Positions 54,561-64,000 of a stretch of DNA of 64,000 bases are shown here, piece by piece. A program made the translations under genes and the position numbers. Below the pieces are notes generated by a model. That model did not search any database, was not told the DNA's origin, and was given only the letters and a program-made list of their open reading frames with translations. The DNA comes from Gordius albopunctatus (taxonomy: Eukaryota). Location of the stretch: the NCBI GenBank assembly GCA_964276515.1, contig OZ193910.1:1-64000 (forward strand). The letters run 5' to 3'. The first letter of the stretch is position 1, and every line of letters begins with the position of its first letter.

Positions 54561-56303
54561 AAATGCTTCTCCCAAAACCATTATAAAATGCTGATTTTTA
54601 AAATTAGTGGGCAACTGCCCCCCCCTCTACCTCTCCTAGATATTCCCAGGCAAGGGGGTAAATTTTACCCCTGGCCGCCCTGGGAACCTACAGCTAAAAT
54701 TTGGATGCTTAATTAAGTAACAACACAAAATAATTTCTTAAATTCTTGTCCTTTAAATTATCACATAGAATTTCACAATATAAATATTGATTTTCTATTA
54801 TTGTTTCATTTTATTATATAATATATTAAAATCTTTTAAAAGGTCAAATAAATTTTTTAATAACCTCGTTTTTATATTTTGCATTATATTATCCGGAATT
54901 TTAAATAAAGCTTGTAGTAATTGTTTATCTACAAAATATTCAATTTTCTTTCCCGCTCAAACATTAATTTCCTTAGTAAAGGCCTAATCAATGATATTTA
55001 AAGATTATCTCACTTTTATATAATTATAATAATAATATTTAGCTCAATACTTTGGCAAATTTCGCCATTATTTTAATAAATTTTAGAAAATTTTTGGATT
55101 TAGAGGAAAACAGCCGCCCCTTTCTGTCTCCCTTAACTATACCCATCAATGAAATATAGGAAATTTACAACAAATGTTGAAATTTTAATAAAAAAATTGA
55201 TTTAATATCTATAAGAGTTCCAAAATCAATAAATTAACATCTCCCCTCCCTCCCTCCCTCCTTCCCCCCTATAAAATCAATGGTTTTCCAAGCACGGGTA
55301 ATATATCCTTGCATAGAGGTATGGGTGGGGGGTAGGGGGTTGCACGATATTTTCCATATCTTATTTATGGCGTTTGAATCAATAGAATTGGATAGCAATT
55401 AATAACCTCTCTCCCCTCCCCCTGTAAAATCCATACGTCATTATTGTATTAGGGGCAGGAGTGGAGGAGATGGAGAAAGGGAGAGAGAGAAGGGTTAGTA
55501 TTATTAATTTATGTGCTTTAAGATCAGCCGCTGTGGAAAAAAATAATAATAGCGTCGCACTTATAGGGATTGGAAATTTATTTTCGCCTAACTAACAGGG
55601 AAAGTAGAAAAATAAAGAATTAACTGTGAGAAACAAAATTATGTTATCTGATCTAAATAATTAATGTTAAAATTAAAATTTCCTATGAAGATTTAGGGTA
55701 AACCTTTACTGTTGCTCTTGATCTAGTCTAGGGACATTTTGAAAACAAGGATCCCCAAGTAGACTAAATTTATATCTTAATGTTGGTACAATTATGATAC
55801 TGCCATATAAATAAGCAACTTACACAACTCTCATGTATTATCTTCTTAACCTTCCATCAATTACCGTATCTCATCTCTGTAACACCAGTGTAGAATATAG
55901 AACGATGATCCGAAGTTTGCATCTCCAAAATATTTAAAGATCACCCTTTTGCCCATTTATAAAACTTTTGCCTCTCTCCTATTCAAAATCTTGGCTAGGC
56001 CCAATTTGATCACTGTTTTCAAAATTATTGATATAAAATCCAAAAATGTGTGATGTTCTTAAAGTCCTGTACGTCGCCCGAAGCCCGATCGGGATCGAGA
56101 GGGTTCCCCAAATATTTTATAATTTTTTTGCGGCCCCCCATTTTTTCATAATAATTTATATTTGTTAAATTATCTATAATATATTGATTTTCTATTATGG
56201 TTTCATTTTATTATATAATAAAAAAACACAACTTTATTATTTCATTATCTATATAAATAACAAAAACTTCTACCATTCAAAAAATTATTTTCATTATTTA
56301 AAT

Positions 56304-56377
56304 ACCAGCAGGGTGTGAGTGGTTAAAGCGAACGGCTTGTAAACAGGAGGCAACGAGTTAGAATCCCAGAGAGGACA
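56304..56377 (+). pseudogene. Second tRNA-like copy abutting the RT element
   Basis: GTGTGAGTGGTTAAAGC...CGGCTTGTAA...GGAGG...GAGTTAGAATCCC, with the same ~130-bp AT-rich upstream flank as the 52933 copy. Confidence 0.5.
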
Positions 56378-56553
56378 AAAATGCGATATATGTATATCAA
56401 AAATATGGTAGAATTATTCACGCGAGAAATTAACACACCGACGAGGGGCAAGGGTTCAGTAAGCGCCGAGTGGGGAAACGATGAAGAGTAAAAGAGGGGT
56501 GCTGAATTATACTATGTTTCTTAGACTCTTTTACGGTATTCCAGTTTTGCAAA

Positions 56554-58473
56554 CTAGTTGGTGTTCTGGCCGTGTGTGAAGTTCGAGCGTGTCCAATGGA
56601 TTATGTTGCCCAGTTGGAAGTCGTCGAAAAAGCTTTCGCGGGAGGGTGCATCGGCTGGATTGTTGTCCGTTGAGACCCATTCCAGGTTCTGCTTGATTTT
56701 GATCATGTTGTCCAAGCCCATTACCTCGCATATCTTGGTGAACGCGTACTCCAGGTGTGGTGCGTGTGCACTGCCCTTCTTTATGATGTAGAACGCGGTA
56801 CGAGAATCCGTCAAGATCTTGGGGTTGAGGTGTGGAGTGTCTACTGCTGCTTTGATGAAGGCCAAGGGTATGGCAACCAGCTCGAGTAGGTTGATGGTGG
56901 GGATGAGGTCGTGAACTGCGAAGATGGCAAGCGCATCACTTTTGGCAATAGAGAGGACGGAGCCTCTGTAAAAAATACCAATATGTGTGAGTGAAGCATC
57001 TCCAGCAGTGAACCCGTTCGTGTCGTAGCGCATGCGGAAAGGTGTTGAGAGGTGTCGTTGGACCATGAGAATTTTTCGGACAACCCATTCTGTCCGGAAT
57101 TCGATAGGGTCAGTGGCTAGTAACATGTTGTAGGCTGGGGAAATGAATTTCGACCATCCCGTGAGTATGTAAACGTAGTGTGTGAGAATGCCCAAACATG
57201 TCTGAGTTACTAGCGGGTGTGGCTTGACACCTTCCATGAGGAAGTGGTTGAGGATCTGCGTGGCTGCATCGATCTTTTTAACGAATTTAGAGTTGATTTT
57301 GAGTGTACGAGTTTCCAAGTCCACGTGGATACCTAAATAATCCATCCTAGTGCGTGGAACCAGGCATGATTTGGCCTTGTTGATAGTCAGATTCCAACAT
57401 TTGGCTAGGTATAAGAACCTTCTAGTATCAGCCAACACCAGGGTGGAGGATGAGCCATAGATCAGAATATCATCTAAGTAAACATTGTATTTGGATTTTG
57501 TAATCGCCTTCTTGCATAAGTCCAGCATGATTTGTTGGAGGACGAATGGGGAGAAGCTTGCTCCCATTGGTAGTACTTTGTAAGCGTACTTACGTCTCCG
57601 ATATCGAAAACCAAAGAATTTAGCAACATCCGGAGCCAGGGGAATCGAAAAGAAAGCTGCTTTCATGTCAATTTTCGTCATGAATTTGGCTTCGGAGAGT
57701 GATGATGCGATAAGTGGGATAGATTTAAGTGAAAAAGGGTATTTCACAAAGTTTTTGGAAATCTGGGAGAGGTCCGCGATGAGACGGGGGGAACCATCAC
57801 TTTTAGGGATAAAGTACATGGGTGATGGAATAGTCCCCGGATTCTCCCTGACGATATTGGACAGTATGATTTCGTCCACAAGCGGTTTGTGTTCGCGAGG
57901 GATTGCTTTGACGTATCGGGGGATGTGATACCGACCATAATTATTGACAATGGCCTTGCGAGACAATTTTGGTTTAAATCCAAACTTTGCTACCCGTAAT
58001 GTGAAGGGGCTTTGCTTCCAGTGTGGTCTTAGAATGGAAGTACGGATGGAAAGTGGTTGGTCAAAATTGACGAATGAGGATAACGGATGAGTTGGGAATA
58101 GGGGAATATTGGACGGCTCGCTGATGATTGGTGGGCCTTCGCCATCCAGACCCACCTCCGTCCATTGTGATGAGAGTAGTCCCGGCACATTGGTATGCTC
58201 AGGTAGCGACGTGCTAAAAGGGTGTGGCAACTCTTCTAGCTCCGGGCCATCGTCGGGAGAGATGGAGTTGATAGCGATGCTCCTGGCAATGGCAGTATAA
58301 TTTATGAGCCATGTTGGAGCATTTCCATCCCTCACCGACCTCGGCGGGTTAACACCACTGCCGAGGGTCGCCGCTACCGTCCTAACATAATTACGTTCTC
58401 TCCGCCCGAGGCGGAGGCGGCCCTTTGGGTTTAGGGCCTTTCTTCCTTTGACCATATCTCGTGTCAGGCGCAC
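56554..58473 (-). CDS. Intact RT-RNase H polymerase, hepadnavirus-like/DIRS-related
   Basis: 639-codon ORF (first ATG at 58455). RT motifs FIPKSDGSPRLIADLSQISK, KIDMKAAFFSIPL, LPMGASFSPFVL, YLDD, INKAKS, YLGI; RNase H motifs GDAS, INLLELVA, LTDS, NPADAPSR. Confidence 0.92.
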   Translation of the reverse strand: MRLTRDMVKGRKALNPKGRLRLGRRERNYVRTVAATLGSGVNPPRSVRDGNAPTWLINYTAIARSIAINSISPDDGPELEELPHPFSTSLPEHTNVPGLLSSQWTEVGLDGEGPPIISEPSNIPLFPTHPLSSFVNFDQPLSIRTSILRPHWKQSPFTLRVAKFGFKPKLSRKAIVNNYGRYHIPRYVKAIPREHKPLVDEIILSNIVRENPGTIPSPMYFIPKSDGSPRLIADLSQISKNFVKYPFSLKSIPLIASSLSEAKFMTKIDMKAAFFSIPLAPDVAKFFGFRYRRRKYAYKVLPMGASFSPFVLQQIMLDLCKKAITKSKYNVYLDDILIYGSSSTLVLADTRRFLYLAKCWNLTINKAKSCLVPRTRMDYLGIHVDLETRTLKINSKFVKKIDAATQILNHFLMEGVKPHPLVTQTCLGILTHYVYILTGWSKFISPAYNMLLATDPIEFRTEWVVRKILMVQRHLSTPFRMRYDTNGFTAGDASLTHIGIFYRGSVLSIAKSDALAIFAVHDLIPTINLLELVAIPLAFIKAAVDTPHLNPKILTDSRTAFYIIKKGSAHAPHLEYAFTKICEVMGLDNMIKIKQNLEWVSTDNNPADAPSRESFFDDFQLGNIIHWTRSNFTHGQNTN

Positions 58474-58649
58474 GAAAAAGCTGAACAGGCTCGGTGTATT
58501 GGCCCATTCCCATCTTTTCTGCCCAGTCTTTTGATTTACCGGTTACTGCCTGCCATCCATAGTATGAGGCCATGGCCAGCGTCCTGACTCGGTCAGAAAA
58601 TTTATCTACCGTTTTGTTGAAGTCTTCGATTGATTCCCCCATGCTGAGT
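58391..58649 (-). CDS. Gag/core-like ORF, probably 5'-truncated, overlapping the pol ORF
   Basis: MGESIEDFNKTVDKFSDRVRTLAMASYYGW...RYGQRKKGPKPKGPPPPRAERT (ATG at 58642). It overlaps pol in another frame; sequence above 58650 belongs to the tandem repeat. Confidence 0.6.
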
Positions 58650-61600
58650 GCCGTCCGCTGGGTACTAATCAATGAAAAAAAGACCATTGGCCGCATTATG
58701 AATCTAAATTTTTTTTCGTTTTTGAATAGGTTAACATTAATAATTACCTTAAGCCCTCCCCTACAAGGGCGTATGCCTCTACTGATATGGGTCCCTGTGC
58801 CCCTATAAAGGCTTATGCTTCTACTGATGTGGGTTCGAATCCCGGAGAGGGCATTTTTTTAATTAAATTGAAAATTTGTATAAATAATTAACTAATAATT
58901 TTGCATTTAATACCCCCCTATAGGCATTCTCGCGCCTTTCCACCTTTCTCGCCCATAAATTGCATAGAAAATATGCTACGTTTATACGCAGTATAGATGA
59001 GTCGTTTGCCCTTCCCTTCCCCCCTCCCCCTTCTCACGAGGGCCGAAGGCCCAAGTTTATATTTTTGCATAGGCCAGGGGTCAATAAGAGCTCACAGTCA
59101 CAACCATTGCCAGCAGTAGTAGTAGAAGTAGTAGTAGTAGGAAGAGTGTGACCCACCAACTTGCCGAAAACCAAATTCAATGTCCCATGGTTAAAAAATG
59201 TTCACCAATTAGAAAATTTAGCAGACCAAAAAGGGCTATTAATCATTCGATTTCAAATTTAAGTTGAAATTAAGGTTTTAATGTCCCAAGTAAATTCGGC
59301 AAGATGGTTTTCGGTGAAATGATATAGGACACCCTAGACTTTAATTCATAATACTAAAAAAAAGGAGGTTGACCTCAGGTCAGAGGCAATTTTTAATTTA
59401 ATAATTAATTGTGCTAGGATTAAAATTATTTTTTTTAATTTATTTATCTCCCCTTTATTTACAAATCCAATCTATTAAATCGAATTTTAACCGATTAATT
59501 TGCAGTTAATAACTTTTTTAAAACGCCAAAATCAATGTTTTTGGCAACTTAGCCATTAAATATTATTTCGTTAACTTGCTTATAAGGAAAACTAAAAATA
59601 TTTATCTTCGCCGTAAAAGATTGTAGCAGAATCTACATATTATATTTATCATCGAATTTATTGTTTTAAGTTGAGGTTAGGGTAATAAAGTTTAGGCGAA
59701 TTGGTTTTGAATTATACAGAGCCATACTTGCGATCAGAATGAATCTGACAGATTAGATGAATGGTCATGGGCGTAGCCAGGGCCCCTAAATGAAGAAAAA
59801 AAATTTCAATGCAGGAACCCTTAAAAATTACAAAAAAATAGATTTTGCCCCCCCCCCCCTGATTGAACTTTTAAGCGTTTCGCGCTGCCCCCGCCCCCTA
59901 AAAAAAGCGCACAAATTATACCAATAATAACGATTCATTCCATGTGTATATCAATGTAATGTGTTTAGCTTAAACGTGTTATTTATAATTGGATTTTTCT
60001 TAAATATACTGATAGTTTTAAATTGTATAAAGATTACTCTAATCTATTTTGATTTAAGGCCGTTTGTGCCCTATTTATAATTAATAAGATTTCAGAACCA
60101 CTTAAATATTTTAAAATCCGCTACAGAGCTTATTTGTCCGCCCACAGCAGACCCATTTAAATTATCTATTTAAAAACCAGCCCCGTGCCCGTGCTTATTT
60201 ATAATTCGGTTTACATTTTGAATAGGGGCTAATTTAAATGGATTAAAAATTGTGGGATAAATGAACAGTTGACCTTAAAGCATATACTATTTTATATAAT
60301 CCATTCATACAAAAGATAGACAAAAAAGACCTGCATACAATATATTTGCATATACTTTTGTGTTAAGCTAAAGGGTTATAAAAGGTACGAAGGTGAAAAC
60401 TATTTTTGTCAAATATTGAAACTTTTTCTTATATTTATAACTAAATATAAATATTCATGATGGTATTTTGCAAGGTTGATAAAATCTACATGAAAATATT
60501 TGCCAATGAATTTATATCAGTTGCCCTATTTGAAAGCCCATATGAAGGAATATTGCAGGGTTATATATATCTTCGTGATATTTTTGAAGATGTCTCCCTA
60601 AATTTGACAAACTATTTGTTTGACAAACTTATTATTCTGACCCCCATAATCATGCATATAGAGCCGGACCAGATTAAAATTGAGGCCATCCAAGGTACTA
60701 TCAATATATTTTAACTTCAATGTTTAATAGGAGTTTGCGTCAAATTTAACCAAGATAATAGAATTCTCAAATTTTCCATTTCTATGCTTTTTATTATTGT
60801 GGCAATATGTGTTTTACTTGGAGCGCTTTACATTCAAGTTAAAGGTATTTAAAATTATTGATATTTTTAGGGAAGAATGTTTATTTGTGTCATAACTTGT
60901 TATACTTAAAAACACTTACCTTTTTAATGTAATTTATCTTTAGTATTATTACATAATATACTCATAGAATATTAAATTCAATAGAATCGGTAAATAAATA
61001 AGTATTGCAGAAAAATTTATTACGTGTCATCAGGCTTTTGAGCGAGGTCATAATAGAGGGCGCGAATACATTTTTAACCATATTATAAACTTCAATATAA
61101 AGATGTTCTATAGTGTTTCCATCTCATTTCGTCTCAATGTCGAGAGCAAAATCTTATCTCTTCTCGGCTGAGATTATGAAAATCACGATATTATCTTATC
61201 GGAAATATTATTTTAACTTCTCTTGACTTTTAAAAAAATTAAACTGAATAAATATTTCTCCTCTTTTATTGATATTATAAGTGTTATGGAAAGTTTAATA
61301 GCATTTATAATCATGAGAAGCATTAATACACAAAAATTATAAATATTTAGCGCAACATCTCAATAATAATATAAAGATATGAACTAATATAACATTTTAT
61401 ATTAAAAATGAAAATTAAAAAACTATAAATTTGAAATAAAGACCATTTAATATTATATTTCTAGCAAATTATAACATTTGTGTCTGTCAAATATAAATAG
61501 ACTTAGAAAATATACTCTAATATTTACTTAATTACATATTTGGGCAAATTGTGACCCTTTATTGGCTAAAGCCTCAAAGTAGACCTTAACATATTTAAGG

Positions 61601-62031
61601 CAAACGTTAGTCCATTTAAATTATCATCATCAATTATAGCACATAGAGTTTTTTATAAACTACAAAGTGCGAGTGTACACTATTTGTAATAATTTTATTA
61701 TTTACAGAATGGATATCAGTTGCACATATTAGAAAGTTATAAAAACAACAATAAAAGTAGCAATATTATTAAAATAAGGTTTTAAGTTATCAATTAACGT
61801 ACACGTAATATATTTTATACCAATCATGATATTCAAAATTGTATTGCAATTAATTACATTTCAATTCGAATTAATTTTGCCATTAAATAGTTAATCATCT
61901 ATTAATATAAGTTCGTGTATTTATTTTATATTGCACAATTGTCACATTTATAAAAATTTTAGAAAATTCAAATGCACCTACTAACCCACTCTATAATTTG
62001 GAAAGTAATGCATAGGAAAAAACAATGGAGA

Positions 62032-62879
62032 AATGTAATATTTGTATTAACGAAAGATACATCGTATTATTATATTGTTATGTTCGGTATTCCTAGTGCA
62101 TACAATTTGTATATTGAACATATGACCTAATTTGAATAAACATTTAAATTGAGTACGCTATATTCTGACGCGACCGACAGGATCTAAGAAGATCATGGAA
62201 TCTATTCCTAGCTACAACCCTTCAGATAAGATAGAATCATATTTGTTCACATTAGATCATATATTCAAAGCTAGGAACATTACGGATCTAAATAAAAAAG
62301 CAAACACACTGATTCTGGCATATATGGGCCAAAGCAATATTGAAAAGATTAGATCTTATTTATATCCTAAGGATATTACCATCCTCACCTATAAGGAATT
62401 AATTGATGCAATCAAGAAAGTTTTTCAAATTAAAAGAACAATATTCAAAAACAGGTTAAATTTTATAAGATGTATTAAACAGGAGGGAGAAGAAATAAAG
62501 GACTATGCTAATAGACTTAAGACAATAGCAGAAGAATGTAATTTTGCTACTAACCTAGATGAACATCTCAGGCACCAGATGTTACACAGGATCCAAAACA
62601 AAACAGATTCCAATGGCAATACAATAACATTTGAAGAGATATACAAGATAGCTGAAGCCATGGAGTTGGCCAAGAAAGAAGTCATAACTTACGAAATTGA
62701 TGCTATAAATCCAAGGTATAAGCCAAAAACTAAACAACAACATTATGGGAAACAACAACATCACAATTGTTCTAGGTGTGGCAAACATCATGAACCAAAG
62801 AAATTCTCAGCGTTTTACAAACTATGTTTTATCTGTCAGAAAAAGGGTCATTTTTCAAAATTCTGCCACACAAGAAATG
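62032..62879 (+). mobile_element. Ty3/Gypsy 5' fragment: LTR end, PBS and gag
   Basis: PBS-like TG(A/G)CGCGACCGACAGGAT at ~62166. Gag ORF 62195..62890 has Q.EGE.I.DY..RL...A..CNF and two zinc knuckles (CSRCG..H, CFICQKKGHFSKFC). Confidence 0.85.
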
Positions 62880-63339
62880 TATTGTCTTAAGTCTATTAGC
62901 ATAGTCCTTTATTTCTTCTCCCTCCTGTTTAATACATCTTATAAAATTTAACCTGTTTTTGAATATTGTTCTTTTAATTTGAAAAACTTTCTTGATTGCA
63001 TCAATTAATTCCTTATAGGTGAGGATGGTAATATCCTTAGGATATAAATAAGATCTAATCTTTTCAATATTGCTTTGGCCCATATATGCCAGAATCAGTG
63101 TGTTTGCTTTTTTATTTAGATCCGTAATGTTCCTAGCTTTGAATATATTATCTAATGTGAACAAATATGATTCTATCTTATCTGAAGGGTTTAAGCTAGG
63201 AATAGATTCCATGATCTTCTTAGATCCTGTCGGTCGCGCCAGAATATAGCGTACTCAATTTAAAAGTTTATTCAAAATAGTTTATATGTCCCATATACAA
63301 ATTGTATGCACTATCTTTCGTTAATACAAATATTACATT
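62880..63339 (-). repeat. Inverted duplicate of the Gypsy LTR end, PBS and gag 5' half
   Basis: Reverse complement of ~62032..62527. ORF 62829..63212 repeats the gag N-terminus with two amino-acid changes. Confidence 0.92.
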
Positions 63340-64000
63340 ATTCACATATTGTAGCTATTTAGGAGGTTTACTATTAGTTGAAGCATATCTAGAAAACTGA
63401 TGATTTAATCTATTAATGTGTCATCCAATACTAAATTATACTCTTGAAATCGTTAGGCAGGCACAAATGACGCTAGGGTGCTCAATTTCGAGCCACTTTA
63501 GCTTAACTTGTTTAACTATTCAAACTTGAATAATATTAGCTAAGCCCAAAATTTTGTAATATTTAATAATGTTATGGATACAAATATGTGATAAATATAT
63601 AATTAAATTACTCACATACCTCAGGGGTCATTACTTAAGGAAATGGACTGAAATAGCCAAATTTTCAATTTTTTGCAAAAATATATCACATTTACTGCAC
63701 TTGGGTGCTTTTTATCAAATAGATTCCAATCGGATTGATTTTGCAAATTAAGATATACAAAAACTTACTAAAAATTACAAATAAATAGCCGAGATCTCGC
63801 CGAAAAAATCTCGTATCGTCTTTCTCGACATTAAAATTCTTGTGTCTCGTGTCGTCTCGGTTTTTCGACCGAGATTTATATCAGTTTTTTCGGAAAATGT
63901 TCTATCAAATCTTAATAAATTACAGTTTCATATTTTCCACCTAACTTATTTTTTCTCAGTTCTTGTTAACTAATTTTCCTCAATATTCCTCAAAAATAGT

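Larger units (their letters stand above)
51607..59060 (+). mobile_element. Compound (tandem) Helentron/DINE-like element array carrying internal repeats and cargo
   Basis: Left subTIRs at 51609 and 51649; right subTIRs at 53323 and 58952, each followed ~85-100 bp later by the hairpin GGGCC-GAA-GGCCC (53423..53435 and 59040..59052). Confidence 0.65.

Noticed and set aside
56531..57083. Overlapping minus-strand ORFs as a tyrosine recombinase or envelope gene
   Set aside because: They are only 66-80 aa, with no R-H-R-H-Y catalytic pattern and no convincing transmembrane architecture.
60457..60714. 85-aa ORF or possible minus-strand exons
   Set aside because: No recognisable motif, and I could not build a consistent splice model.

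Overview
This window is the left end of a eukaryotic chromosome, most likely from an AT-rich invertebrate; the species cannot be identified from the sequence alone. A ~2.7 kb (CCCTAA)n telomere joins abruptly to a subtelomere dense in transposon debris: RTE and CRE-type non-LTR elements, Penelope, hAT elements and MITEs, MULE, Helitron/Helentron-like elements, and a Ty3/Gypsy gag. One host gene can be reconstructed by hand: seven symmetric phase-1 exons between 9023 and 38920, each encoding a Cys-rich EB/EGF-like module. The most notable item is an intact 639-codon RT/RNase H ORF (56554..58473, minus strand). Its motifs (RLIADLSQISK, LPMGASFSPFVL, YLDD, GDASLTH, NPADAPSR) look hepadnavirus-like. 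It overlaps a short basic gag/core-like ORF, shows no integrase, tyrosine recombinase or LTR, and sits inside a Helentron/DINE-like non-autonomous element built from hairpin tandem repeats and tRNA-derived B-box modules. Also notable are twister-ribozyme cores at the 5' ends of two RTE copies and a fold-back duplication of the Gypsy 5' end. All calls come from reading the sequence by eye; no database searches were run.
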